This document shows positions 1 through 9,176 of a stretch of 64,000 nucleotides of DNA, one piece after another; positions within the stretch are counted from its first letter, which is position 1, and each line of letters opens with the position of its first letter. The translations under genes and the position numbers were made by a program. This stretch comes from a bacterium (GTDB lineage Bacteria > Patescibacteriota > Minisyncoccia > Minisyncoccales > CG1-02-41-26): NCBI GenBank assembly GCA_030616605.1, contig JAUWWY010000001.1, positions 68,251 through 132,250 of the forward strand. The letters are read 5' to 3'. The notes beneath the pieces are model-generated. The model was not told where the DNA came from. It worked only from the letters and a program-made list of their open reading frames with translations, and searched no databases.

Positions 1-1
1 T

Positions 2-916
2 ATTCAATTGATTTTTGAAGATAATAAAGCCTGTGATTCTAAAGAAACAGTAACAGCAATGAGGAAGTTGATAGATATTGATAAAGTTAAAGTAACCTTA
101 GTAGGTTGTTCAGGTGCTACAATGTCAGCCGCTCCAATTGCAGAAGAAAATCAAGTAATTCTATTAACCCCTATGGCTTCGGCAGGTCAAATTTCTCAAG
201 CAGGGGATTTTGTATTCAGAACATCCATTTCTGACACCGCGATGGGGAAATTTTTAGGAAAATATCTTATAGAGAAACTTAATTTCAAAAAAATTGCGGT
301 GCTTTATGCTAATAATGATTACGGAGTAGGATTTTTCAATAACTTAAAGCCCAGTTTTGAGAATTCAGGCGGAGAGATACTTCAGGCTGAAGAATATATT
401 TTTGGGGCGACAGATTTTAGAACAAATTTAACTAAGATAAAAGCAAAATCTCCTGAAGCATTGGTGGTTATTTCTTATGGTCAGGAGGGTGGTTTAATTG
501 CCAAACAAATTAAAGAATTAGATATAGATGTTCAGATAATTGGCGGCGATAATTTTGGGACTCAAGAAGTAGTTGAAGCAGGAGGAGAAGCAGTAGAAGG
601 AGCTATTTTTACCACTCCTGCTTTAGATGAAACAAAGCCAGAAGTAATAGAGTTAAAGGAAAAATTTCAAAATAAATATGGTAAAGAACCCCCTGTCTTA
701 ATATCAGTAGCTGATGGTTATGATGCGGCTAATCTTTTACTGGACGCAATTGAAGAAAAAGGATATAATCCTTTTGGTATTAAAGATTATTTATACTCTA
801 TAAAAGATTACCCAGGTATAAGCGGAGTAATCACAATTGACGAAAATGGAGATGCAGTAAAACCGGTAAGTATCCAAACTATCAAAAACGGACAATTTGT
901 GCCGTATGAGGAATAA
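2..916 (+). CDS. Leu/Ile/Val-type ABC transporter substrate-binding protein (paralog 1 of 5), 5' end cut by window edge
   Basis: The ORF is open to the window start. It shows a type-I periplasmic-binding-protein pattern (GDFVFRT, alternating alpha/beta segments). Its C-terminal IKNGQFVPYEE is shared with paralogs 2 and 3. Confidence 0.8.
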   Translation: MQLIFEDNKACDSKETVTAMRKLIDIDKVKVTLVGCSGATMSAAPIAEENQVILLTPMASAGQISQAGDFVFRTSISDTAMGKFLGKYLIEKLNFKKIAVLYANNDYGVGFFNNLKPSFENSGGEILQAEEYIFGATDFRTNLTKIKAKSPEALVVISYGQEGGLIAKQIKELDIDVQIIGGDNFGTQEVVEAGGEAVEGAIFTTPALDETKPEVIELKEKFQNKYGKEPPVLISVADGYDAANLLLDAIEEKGYNPFGIKDYLYSIKDYPGISGVITIDENGDAVKPVSIQTIKNGQFVPYEE

Positions 917-931
917 ACCTTAAAGACCGAA

Positions 932-1043
932 AAATAATTAAATCATAAAATATTATGACAAAAATAGCAAAAACAATTTTATGGGTTGTCATTATAGTTA
1001 TCGTTATTGGAGCAATTTGGTATGGACTAACTAGAAAACCAGC
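932..1043. repeat. 112-nt tract (5' UTR plus signal-anchor codons) identical to 4423..4534
   Basis: Base-by-base comparison of the two loci shows identity that ends abruptly after codon 30 (..aaaaccagc). Confidence 0.9.
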
Positions 1044-2085
1044 TGAGGAAAAAGTGATTAAAATCGGGGCAATTTTATCGCTGACAGGTAAATACGGATA
1101 TTGGGGACAATATAATAAAAAAGGAATAGAATTAGCGGTAGAAGAAATAAATAAACAACTAAAAGACAAAAAGTTAGAGGTGATTTATGAGGATTCACAG
1201 ACAGATGCCGCTACTGGTTTATCGGCTTATAGAAAGTTATCAGATGTTAATAATATTAAAATTTTTGTAGTTGCCCAAGGTACAATTGCAAAAGTTTTAG
1301 CTCCAATAGCTCAAAAAGAAAAAAGAGTAATATTTGCTATTTCGGCTACCACAGCCGGGATACCCGAAACAGGAGATTTTATTTTTAGGAACGATATAAA
1401 TCCAGAAGATGAAATTGATAAATTAATAGAATTTGTTCAAAATAGGAATTACAATAAAGTTGCATTAATGCCAATAAATACAGAGGGTGGGGTTCAGTAT
1501 GCCGAATTATTTAAAGAAAAATTTGAAAAGCTTGATGGAAAAGTTGTGGCTTACGAAAAATACGAGAAAGGTGAAAAAGATTTTAAGACGCAGTTATTAA
1601 AAATCAAAAATACTAACCCCGAAGTAATTTATCCTATTTCTTCTCCAGGAGATATGGCACTAATTTTAAAACAGGCAAATGAATTAGGATTAAAGAAACA
1701 GTTTATATCTGATTTTCATATCGAAGGACCAGAACTTATTTCTGGAGCGGGTGATTTAGCAAATGGCATTGTATATACCCACTCTTTAAACTTAAAAGAT
1801 AACAGACCAAAATTACAAGAATTTATTAATGCCTTTAAAGAAAAATATAAAGAAGAACCAGAATATCAAGCAGCATTAGCATATGATACTATTCGAATTT
1901 TAGGTATGGTAATCAATAAATGTGGAGACAATGAAGATTGTATTAAAAATGACCTGTTGAAAATAAGAAACTTTGAGGGGATAACAGGAATGATTAATAT
2001 TACAGAAATAGGTGATACACAAAAATTAATCATTCTTAAAACCATCAAAAACGGCCAGTTTGTGCCATATGAAGAAAGTGATTAA
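955..2085 (+). CDS. Leu/Ile/Val-type ABC substrate-binding protein, N-terminal TM anchor (paralog 2)
   Basis: 376-aa ORF with the N-terminal anchor MTKIAKTILWVVIIVIVIGAIWYGLTRKPAEE followed by a LivJ/K-like fold (IGAILSLTG, GDFIFRN). It has no lipobox Cys. Confidence 0.85.
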   Translation: MTKIAKTILWVVIIVIVIGAIWYGLTRKPAEEKVIKIGAILSLTGKYGYWGQYNKKGIELAVEEINKQLKDKKLEVIYEDSQTDAATGLSAYRKLSDVNNIKIFVVAQGTIAKVLAPIAQKEKRVIFAISATTAGIPETGDFIFRNDINPEDEIDKLIEFVQNRNYNKVALMPINTEGGVQYAELFKEKFEKLDGKVVAYEKYEKGEKDFKTQLLKIKNTNPEVIYPISSPGDMALILKQANELGLKKQFISDFHIEGPELISGAGDLANGIVYTHSLNLKDNRPKLQEFINAFKEKYKEEPEYQAALAYDTIRILGMVINKCGDNEDCIKNDLLKIRNFEGITGMINITEIGDTQKLIILKTIKNGQFVPYEESD

Positions 2086-2108
2086 GTGATTAAGTCATTA
2101 AGTAATTA
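2077..2108. repeat. 8-bp tandem repeat AGTSATTA x4 spanning the stop codon of paralog 2
   Basis: The sequence reads agtgatta agtgatta agtcatta agtaatta. It adds SD after the PYEE C-terminus found in paralogs 1 and 3. Confidence 0.9.
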
Positions 2109-2115
2109 ATTTATT

Positions 2116-3237
2116 ATGTCTAAAATATTACAGACAATTCTCTGGGTTGTGATTATTGTGGTTGTGGTAGGATTAATTTGGTATGGACTAACTAGAAAGC
2201 CGGCCGAGGAAGAGGTGATTAAGATTGGAGCAGTACTTTCTCTTACTGGTATTGCTCAAAACCACGGGCAGAATAATAGAGAAGGAATAGATTTGGCAGT
2301 AAAAGAAATAAATGAAAGTGGTGGTGTTAATGGTAAAGAAATAAAGGTTATTTATGAAGACGATGCCACTGATTCCAAAAATACAGTTACAATAGTTCAT
2401 AAATTCATAGACATAGACAATGTAGATGTGATTATCGGGCCTACTTGGGATTTTTTAGCAAATGCTGCTATTCCTGTAATTGATAAAGGGAAAAAAGTAA
2501 CGATAACTCCTTCAGTTTTAGGTGATACAATTGAGGTTACTAGTCCTTACTTTTTTTCTACTTTTTCACCAGTAGCTTTTAAACAAAAAACAGTAGAAAA
2601 ATTTTTAGGGGAATTCCGGAATCAAAAGATAGGAATAATGATTATTAATAGTCCTTGGGCAGTAGCCCATTTAGAAACATATAAAAAAGCAATTTTAGCT
2701 ACCAATAATCTTTTGGTTAAAGAGATTATCTTGTCTGAATTTGATAATAATGAAATGAGCACTGAGTTAGCCATTTTAAAAGATTTAAATCTTGATGCTA
2801 TTTTAGTTTGTTTAAATGATTACGATTCAGTTAATTTTCTTAAGAAAGTTAAAGAATTAGATATTCAAGCTAAAATATTAGGCAACGAACATTTTGGTGA
2901 TATACTAAAAAATGGACTTCTAGATATGGATACAGCAGATGGTGTTTACTTTACTGATCTCAGTTTACCCTCTGAAGACTTTATTACAAAGTTTAAAGAA
3001 GTTTATAAAAAAGAACCAGGATTATATTCAGATACTGCTTACGACACCGTTTATTTAATAGCCAAGGTGATTGAAGAATATGGTAGAGATTCAGAAAGTA
3101 TAAGACAAGGATTAAAAAAGATAAAATATAATGGTGTTTCTGGAGAGATTAGTTTTAGCGAAAACAACTACTCTTCTAATAAAGAATTTGAGTTAATTCT
3201 CATCAAAAATGGCCAATTTGTTCCCTATGAGGAATAA
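2116..3237 (+). CDS. Leu/Ile/Val-type ABC substrate-binding protein, TM-anchored (paralog 3)
   Basis: 373-aa ORF with the same anchor/linker module (ILWVVIIVVVVGLIWYGLTRKPAEE) and a C-terminal IKNGQFVPYEE. Confidence 0.85.
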   Translation: MSKILQTILWVVIIVVVVGLIWYGLTRKPAEEEVIKIGAVLSLTGIAQNHGQNNREGIDLAVKEINESGGVNGKEIKVIYEDDATDSKNTVTIVHKFIDIDNVDVIIGPTWDFLANAAIPVIDKGKKVTITPSVLGDTIEVTSPYFFSTFSPVAFKQKTVEKFLGEFRNQKIGIMIINSPWAVAHLETYKKAILATNNLLVKEIILSEFDNNEMSTELAILKDLNLDAILVCLNDYDSVNFLKKVKELDIQAKILGNEHFGDILKNGLLDMDTADGVYFTDLSLPSEDFITKFKEVYKKEPGLYSDTAYDTVYLIAKVIEEYGRDSESIRQGLKKIKYNGVSGEISFSENNYSSNKEFELILIKNGQFVPYEE

Positions 3238-3279
3238 TTAATAAAGGTCGGAAAATAAGTTATTAAATCATAAAATATT

Positions 3280-4401
3280 ATGACAAAAATAGCAAAAACA
3301 ATTTTATGGGTTGTTATTATTGTGGTTGTGATAGGATTAATCTGGTATGGACTAACTAGAAAACCAGCAGAGGAAGTAATTAAAATTGGAGCGATTTTAC
3401 CGTTGACAGGAGAGGCCGCTATAGCCGGGGTAAGTATTCAGCAAGGGATTGAGATAGCAGTAGAAGAAATAAATAAGGCGGGGGGAATTAAGGGTAGGCA
3501 AATAAAGGTAGTTTTTGAGAACGATGAATATGACAATAAAAAGACAGTAACGGCTTCCCAGAAATTAATTAATGTAGATAAAATAGATATTGGTATCGTA
3601 TCGTTTGTTCACGGAGCTAAGGCTGTAATGCCAATTTTTGAGCAGAATAAAATTCCATTGATGGTTGCCTGGGACAGCACCAATGAATTAGAGGAAGGAG
3701 ATTATATTTTTAGCACAGGATTTTCTACTGAATTATCTGGGAAAAAGATGGCTAATTACGCCTATAATGAATTAAATCTTAGAGAGGTTGCTATTGTTTT
3801 ACATCAAGATGAGTGGTCGGAAGCAATTGCCCCTGCTTTTAAACAAAAATTCCAAGAATTAGGCGGAGAGGTTCTATTAGAGGAGAAGGTGGCAATTGGA
3901 GAAAGCGATTTTAAAACTATTATTAGTAAGATAAAATCTAAAAATGCTGATGCTGTATATCTTCCTCTTGTTCCTGTGAATACAGATATGTTTTTGAAAC
4001 AAGCAAAAGAATTAGCACTAAAATCACAAATTCTATCTGGTGATGCTTTAATACCAGATATAATTATGGCAGCGGGTGATGCAGCCGAAGGAGTATATTT
4101 CACAAGTATCTATGTGGAAGATAATGAGATTTCGCAAGCACTTACTGAAAAATATCGAGAGAAATATGGAGAAGAAGCACCAGCCTTACCAATGGTTGCA
4201 TTTGGTTATGATGCTATGTTAGCAATTAAGAGTGCTATTGAATCAGCAGAAGAGATAACACCGGAAGGAATTAAAGATGCATTGTATTCTGTTGATATAA
4301 TAGGAGCTGGTGGTCAAATAAAAATTAGAGCAAATGGTTTATCAGAAAGAATAGAAAAAGTATTTAAAGTTCAGAATGGTGAAGGTATTTTGGTAGAATG
4401 A
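3280..4401 (+). CDS. Leu/Ile/Val-type ABC substrate-binding protein, TM-anchored (paralog 4)
   Basis: 373-aa ORF with a LivJ/K-like body. Its 5' end is a mosaic of the paralog 2/5 start and the paralog 3 TM codons. Confidence 0.85.
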   Translation: MTKIAKTILWVVIIVVVIGLIWYGLTRKPAEEVIKIGAILPLTGEAAIAGVSIQQGIEIAVEEINKAGGIKGRQIKVVFENDEYDNKKTVTASQKLINVDKIDIGIVSFVHGAKAVMPIFEQNKIPLMVAWDSTNELEEGDYIFSTGFSTELSGKKMANYAYNELNLREVAIVLHQDEWSEAIAPAFKQKFQELGGEVLLEEKVAIGESDFKTIISKIKSKNADAVYLPLVPVNTDMFLKQAKELALKSQILSGDALIPDIIMAAGDAAEGVYFTSIYVEDNEISQALTEKYREKYGEEAPALPMVAFGYDAMLAIKSAIESAEEITPEGIKDALYSVDIIGAGGQIKIRANGLSERIEKVFKVQNGEGILVE

Positions 4402-4422
4402 TTAATAAAGGTCGGAAAAAAT

Positions 4423-4534
4423 AAATAATTAAATCATAAAATATTATGACAAAAATAGCAAAAACAATTTTATGGGTTGTCATTATAGTTATCGTTATTG
4501 GAGCAATTTGGTATGGACTAACTAGAAAACCAGC
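4423..4534. repeat. Second copy of the 112-nt 5' cassette (identical to 932..1043)
   Basis: Base-by-base comparison with 932..1043. Confidence 0.9.
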
Positions 4535-5570
4535 AGAAGAGGGAGTAATTAAGATTGGATTTATAGGGCCTCTAACAGGCGATGCAGCAGGTTTAGGTCA
4601 GAATACAAGAGCAGGTGTTGAATTAGCAGTGGAACAGATAAATGAAGCAGGAGGGATAAACGGAAGAAATCTTGAAGTGATTTTTGAGGATGGAATGTGT
4701 AATCCAAAAGAATCAACAAATGCAGCTAATAAATTAGTTAACGTAGATAAAGTGCCGGTGATAATTGGAGGATTGTGTTCCAGTGAAACTTTAGCAGCTG
4801 CTCCTATAGCAGAGAGTGGAAAAACTGTATTATTCTCATCTTGTTCTTCTAACCCAGATGTTACAAATGCTGGTGATTATGTATTTAGAGATTATCCTTG
4901 TGATAGTTTTCAAGGCAAAAAAGCAGCAGAAATTGCTTACGCAGATTTTGAGACAAGAAATGCTGCTATTTTGTATTGTTTAAGTGACTGGTGTGTGGGA
5001 TTAGACCAAATATTTAAAGAAACATTTGAAGGATTAGGTGGAACTATTGTTGCTGAAGAAAGTTATGAACAAACATCCAGAGATTTAAGAACTCAACTAA
5101 CAAAAATTAAAGCTACTAACCCCGAACTTATATATTTTGTTGGTTATACAGAAGCAACAATAGTTGGTTTGAAACAAATAAAGGAATTGGGTATAGAAGC
5201 TACACTTTTAGGTGGTGATGCTTGGGATGATCCGAAAATCCCTGAAGAAGCAGGAGATTCAGCAGAGGGAATATTATACATAAAACCTTTTGCTCCGTTA
5301 ACTGAGGAATTTAAAGCAGCAATGGAAGTTAAGACAGGAACAAAAGATGTTACAATCTGTACACCTCAAGCTTATGATGCAGTATATATTGTGGCCGAAA
5401 TAATGAAGAAAGTAGGAACAGACAGTGAGAAAATTAAAGATGAATTGTATAAAGTTGAGGGTTACGAAGGAGTTTCTGGAACAATTACCCTTGATGAAAA
5501 CGGAGACTTAGCAACGGCAAGTTATATCCTCAAGGTTGTTACGGATGGGGTGGCAGTAGATTATAAATAA
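4446..5570 (+). CDS. Leu/Ile/Val-type ABC substrate-binding protein, TM-anchored (paralog 5)
   Basis: 374-aa ORF carrying IGFIGPLTGDAAGLG and GDYVFRD motifs typical of the LivJ/K family. Confidence 0.85.
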   Translation: MTKIAKTILWVVIIVIVIGAIWYGLTRKPAEEGVIKIGFIGPLTGDAAGLGQNTRAGVELAVEQINEAGGINGRNLEVIFEDGMCNPKESTNAANKLVNVDKVPVIIGGLCSSETLAAAPIAESGKTVLFSSCSSNPDVTNAGDYVFRDYPCDSFQGKKAAEIAYADFETRNAAILYCLSDWCVGLDQIFKETFEGLGGTIVAEESYEQTSRDLRTQLTKIKATNPELIYFVGYTEATIVGLKQIKELGIEATLLGGDAWDDPKIPEEAGDSAEGILYIKPFAPLTEEFKAAMEVKTGTKDVTICTPQAYDAVYIVAEIMKKVGTDSEKIKDELYKVEGYEGVSGTITLDENGDLATASYILKVVTDGVAVDYK

Positions 5571-5610
5571 AACTAACAAAGAACTGTTCTCTGTAGTTTT
5601 TGTCAAAAAA

Positions 5611-5640
5611 GCCCGCCGCCTGTCGCGGCGGGCTTTTTGG
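5611..5640 (+). terminator. Rho-independent terminator
   Basis: A 9-bp GC stem (gcccgccgc / gcggcgggc) with loop ctgtc is followed by a T run. Confidence 0.85.
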
Positions 5641-5669
5641 TTTTCGAAATTTATGCTAGAATATGAAAT

Positions 5670-6374
5670 ATGCTTCAAATACAGAACTTAAAATCTGGCT
5701 ACACAGGAATGGAGATTTTGCACGGGATAAATTTTGAGGTCAGACCAGCAGAGATTGTTGCCTTAATTGGGCCGAATGGAGCAGGAAAGTCAACTCTCTT
5801 AAGGAGTATTTTTAATTTGTGTGAAATTTATTCAGGGAAAGTAATTTTTAAAGACAAAAACATAACTAAGCTTCCAACTCATGAGTTAATTTACCAGGGG
5901 GTAAGCTATGTACCTCAGGGAAGGCAGGTTTTCAGCAACCTGACTGTTAAGGAAAATCTTGAAATGGGAGCCTTTATAATGAAAGACCATGAATTAGTTG
6001 AAAGAAATGTAAAAGATGTTTTCAACAAATTCCCATTTTTAGAAGAAAGACAAAATACCCTCGCCTTAAATCTATCTGGCGGTGAGCAGCAGATGTTAGC
6101 AATTGGCCGAGCCTTAATTCAAGAGCCAGAATTACTTTTATTAGACGAACCCTCTTTAGGACTGGCGCCAAAAATAATGAAAGAAGTTTTTGAAAAAATA
6201 AAAAAGATTAACCAAGAAGGTATAGCCATAATAATTGTTGAACAAAACGCAAAAAAAGCAGTAGAAATTGCCCAGAGAACCTATATTTTAGAGGACGGCC
6301 AAATTGCTCTTCAGGGCGGCCGAGAAATCTTAGAAGACTCACGAATAAAAAATATTTATTTCGGCGGTAGATAA
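5670..6374 (+). CDS. livF: Branched-chain amino acid ABC transporter ATP-binding protein (LivF-like)
   Basis: It has Walker A GPNGAGKST, the signature LSGGEQQ and Walker B LLLLDEP. The 234-aa size is typical of LivF. Confidence 0.85.
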   Translation: MLQIQNLKSGYTGMEILHGINFEVRPAEIVALIGPNGAGKSTLLRSIFNLCEIYSGKVIFKDKNITKLPTHELIYQGVSYVPQGRQVFSNLTVKENLEMGAFIMKDHELVERNVKDVFNKFPFLEERQNTLALNLSGGEQQMLAIGRALIQEPELLLLDEPSLGLAPKIMKEVFEKIKKINQEGIAIIIVEQNAKKAVEIAQRTYILEDGQIALQGGREILEDSRIKNIYFGGR

Positions 6375-6388
6375 TGCTATACTAAAGA

Positions 6389-7507
6389 ATGAATCTTTTT
6401 AAGATTTTTAAACCAAAAAAAAGCGAAGATTTTTTGGTTTTGGACTTTGGCAGAAGTTCGGTTAAGGGTATAATTTTTAGCCCGCCTATTATTAAAAATT
6501 ATCAGGTTGAGAAAATAGAAAGGTTCGGGGTTTTTGACGGAAAAGATTTTGAACTAGATGTTCTTAAAAGAGCAGCCACTAAAGTTATTGATGGTTTAGG
6601 AATCAAAGATGAAATTGCCAGGTTTTCCCAAATAATTAGCTTTTCTCCAGATATTTTAAAGGCTGAAGTCTTTGATTTATCCTACACAAGAGAAAAAGAT
6701 AAAGAGAAAATTGAAAAGAAAGAACAAGAAGAGATTTACCAGTCTATTTTTAAAAAAGCTGAAGAAAAACTTTCCAAGAAGTTCGAAAAAAACCTTCCTG
6801 GACATTTTAAAATTTTAAAAAAGAAAATTTTAGAAGAGAAAATCTCGGGTTACAAAGTTTCTTCAATTTCTAATTTTAAGGGAAAGAATCTGAACTTTAA
6901 AATTTCGGTTATTTTTTGCCCAAGAGATTATTTGAGCTTTATAGATTCTTTAAAAATTTCTTTAGGTTTAGAGAAAGCAAAGATTTATCATATAGTTGAG
7001 GGTTTATTTGATTTAATGCTGAACAATAGCGGAATTTTTGTAAATATCGGAGCTAAAAATACATTAATTGTTTCTTTTAAAAAACAACTTAAGTTTATAG
7101 AAGATTTTCAAATTGGAGGAGCTGACTTTTCAAAAAAGATTTCTGAGACTTTGGGATTAAAAGAAGTTGATGTTGAAAATTTAAAGAAGGATTTTTCTAA
7201 AAACAAATTAAGTGTTAAAGTAAAAAAGAGGTTAGAAGAGATTATTTCTCCGGCTTTGAATTCATGGCAAAGAAAATTTAAGGAAAAACTGGAAATTAGG
7301 GGTAGGACTTTTGATTTTTCTCAAAAAGTTTATCTTTTTGGCGGAGGAAGTCTTCTGCCGGGAATTAAAAAGAAGATTGAAGAACTCGGTGCAAGAAAAA
7401 TAAACTATCTTTTAGCCAAAGACCTACCCTTAAAAAACAAAACAAAAATTTCTTTTTCAGTTGAAGATACTTCCTCACTTTTATTAACCATTTGTAAATA
7501 TTTGTAG
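6389..7507 (+). CDS. Actin-fold ATPase, FtsA/PilM-like
   Basis: It begins LVLDFGRSSVKGIIF (phosphate-1-like) and has a late LFGGGSLLPGI motif, as in FtsA/PilM. The exact family was not resolved. Confidence 0.5.
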   Translation: MNLFKIFKPKKSEDFLVLDFGRSSVKGIIFSPPIIKNYQVEKIERFGVFDGKDFELDVLKRAATKVIDGLGIKDEIARFSQIISFSPDILKAEVFDLSYTREKDKEKIEKKEQEEIYQSIFKKAEEKLSKKFEKNLPGHFKILKKKILEEKISGYKVSSISNFKGKNLNFKISVIFCPRDYLSFIDSLKISLGLEKAKIYHIVEGLFDLMLNNSGIFVNIGAKNTLIVSFKKQLKFIEDFQIGGADFSKKISETLGLKEVDVENLKKDFSKNKLSVKVKKRLEEIISPALNSWQRKFKEKLEIRGRTFDFSQKVYLFGGGSLLPGIKKKIEELGARKINYLLAKDLPLKNKTKISFSVEDTSSLLLTICKYL

Positions 7508-7511
7508 ATAA

Positions 7512-8759
7512 ATGAAAATAAAGATTTTTGACATTTTACCTCCCAAAGAGAAAAGAAAAGAAATAATTTCTAAAAAAGTTCATAAGAAAATTTCTCTTAA
7601 AAAGTTTCCCTTTAATTTATTAATAGGTCTGATTTTAATTTTTGGCTTAGGTTTTTTAATATGGATTACTTCTGGTTTTTATTCAAAATTATTTTTGGAG
7701 ATTCAGCCAAAAACAGAGACAGAAGTTTTTACTGAAGAAATTGAAATTAATATAACGCAGTCTTTCCCAGAATTTGAAAATAAAATTATTCCGGGAAGAT
7801 TTTTTGAAGTAGAAAAAGAAAAACAGCAAATTTTTGAATCTACAGGAAAAGATTTTACTAAGGAGAAAGCAGAAGGTACTATTAGAGTTTATAATTTTCA
7901 GAATCCTCCGAGAGCAATTAATCTTCAATCTAGAACTCGCTTTCTTTCCTCAGAAGGGGGTAAGATTTTCAGGTGTCCAGATAAAATATACTTGCCGCCA
8001 GCTCAAATTCAAGAAGGAAAAGTTGTTCCCAGTTTTAAAGATGTCAAGGTTATAGCTCAAGAAGCAGGAGAAGATTACAATATAGAGGCTTCCAATTTTT
8101 CTCTTCCTGGTCTTGTTGGAACTGCTTTGTATTACACTATTTATGCTGAATCCGAATCTCCAATGACCGGCGGTTTTGAAAAAGAGATTAAGGTAATAAC
8201 AGAAGAGGATTTAGAGGATGCGGAGAATATCTTAAAAGAAAGTCTGGAAAGATTAGCAAAAAATTCTTTAAAAGATAAACTTCCTGAAGATTTTATTCTG
8301 GCCAATGAATTTTTATTTATAGAAGATTTTGAACTTTCTTGTATGGAAGAAGCAGGAGAGAAAGTTTCTAAATTTAGTTGTCAGGCTAAAATGAAGCTTA
8401 AGGGATTGGGTTTTAAATTTTCCGATTTAGAAGAAATTGCAATCAGTTTTATTTCTTCACGTCTTCCTTCTTCAAAAAATCTTGATAGACAGAGTCTAAT
8501 TTTAGATTTATTTCCCAAAAATTTACTTTCGGAAACCGGAAAAATGATTTCTGATCTTGAAGTTAAAGTAAATGTCTATGATAAAATATCAGAAGAGATT
8601 CTTCTTTCTCAAATTAAGGAAAAATCTGAGACACAAATAAGAAATATTATTTTAAAGAATTATCCTCAGATTGAAAATATAAACTTTAACTTTTGGCCAT
8701 TTTGGGTTAAAGAAGCTCCAAATTCTTTGGAGAGGATAAAAATTGAGATAAAACCTTAA
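7512..8759 (+). CDS. Hypothetical membrane-anchored protein (415 aa)
   Basis: A long ORF lies 4 nt after the FtsA/PilM-like gene. It has one N-terminal TM segment (LLIGLILIFGLGFLIWITSGF). No family was recognised. Confidence 0.6.
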   Translation: MKIKIFDILPPKEKRKEIISKKVHKKISLKKFPFNLLIGLILIFGLGFLIWITSGFYSKLFLEIQPKTETEVFTEEIEINITQSFPEFENKIIPGRFFEVEKEKQQIFESTGKDFTKEKAEGTIRVYNFQNPPRAINLQSRTRFLSSEGGKIFRCPDKIYLPPAQIQEGKVVPSFKDVKVIAQEAGEDYNIEASNFSLPGLVGTALYYTIYAESESPMTGGFEKEIKVITEEDLEDAENILKESLERLAKNSLKDKLPEDFILANEFLFIEDFELSCMEEAGEKVSKFSCQAKMKLKGLGFKFSDLEEIAISFISSRLPSSKNLDRQSLILDLFPKNLLSETGKMISDLEVKVNVYDKISEEILLSQIKEKSETQIRNIILKNYPQIENINFNFWPFWVKEAPNSLERIKIEIKP

Positions 8760-8767
8760 TGGAAAGG

Positions 8768-8796
8768 TTGACTTTTTTGTCTTAATTTGCTAATTT
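8768..8796 (+). promoter_or_regulatory. Putative sigma70-type promoter (TTGACT-17-TAATTT) for infA
   Basis: Hexamers and spacing were read directly. It shares the extended TTGACTTTTTTGT motif with the two pyr promoters. Confidence 0.4.
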
Positions 8797-8800
8797 GAGA

Positions 8801-8822
8801 ATACCTGCTTGTCTGCAGGTAT
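8801..8822 (+). promoter_or_regulatory. 8-bp leader hairpin immediately upstream of the infA start
   Basis: The stem atacctgc / gcaggtat has loop ttgtct and ends 6 nt before the ATG. Confidence 0.4.
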
Positions 8823-8828
8823 CCCCAC

Positions 8829-9044
8829 ATGAAAAAAGATAAAATTAGAAAGCAAGGTCAAGTTATAGAAACTTTACCTAGTCTTTTATTTAAGGTCAAA
8901 TTAGAATCAGGTGAGGAAATTTTAGCTCATCTTAAAGGGAAGTTGAGACGTTACCGAATTAAAATTTTGACCGGAGATAAAGTTACGGTTGAAATAAGTC
9001 TTTATGACCCAAAAAGGGGAATAATTGTTTATAGATTAAAGTAA
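8829..9044 (+). CDS. infA: Translation initiation factor IF-1
   Basis: A 71-aa S1-like OB protein with the motifs G.V.E.LP...F.V.L..G......GK.R...I.I..GD.V.VE.S.YD..+G.I.+R. Confidence 0.95.
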   Translation: MKKDKIRKQGQVIETLPSLLFKVKLESGEEILAHLKGKLRRYRIKILTGDKVTVEISLYDPKRGIIVYRLK

Positions 9045-9045
9045 T

Positions 9046-9162
9046 ATGAAAGTTCGTGCTTCAGTTAAAAAAATTTGCAAAAAATGTAAAATCGTAAGGA
9101 GAAAAGGAAGAGTTTATGTGATTTGTGAAAATCCCAAACACAAGCAGAGGCAAGGGAAATAA
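9046..9162 (+). CDS. rpmJ: 50S ribosomal protein L36
   Basis: This is not in the ORF track. Manual translation gives [38 protein letters not shown] (38 aa), which is canonical L36. Confidence 0.9.
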   Translation: MKVRASVKKICKKCKIVRRKGRVYVICENPKHKQRQGK

Positions 9163-9176
9163 TTTTTAATTACAAC

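Noticed and set aside
882-1169. Antisense or overlapping ORFs of 60-140 aa throughout the track (for example 882..1169-, 3804..4103-, 12007..12213-, 14715..14963-, 25943..26314-, 26423..26806-, 29427..29855-, 35433..35801-, 41332..41595-, 43543..43941-, 52195..52479+, 55825..56139+)
   Set aside because: Each lies inside, and antisense or out of frame to, a gene with strong family-level support. Their translations are low-complexity or hydrophobic noise with no recognisable motifs and no ribosome-binding sites.
2077-2108. The idea that stop-containing 8-bp repeats at gene ends are 'three-frame stop arrays'
   Set aside because: At 2077..2108 the TAA triplets fall in all three frames. At 46162..46185 the stops fall in only two frames, and the same repeat family also occurs inside gatA without stops. 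The explanation is therefore not general.
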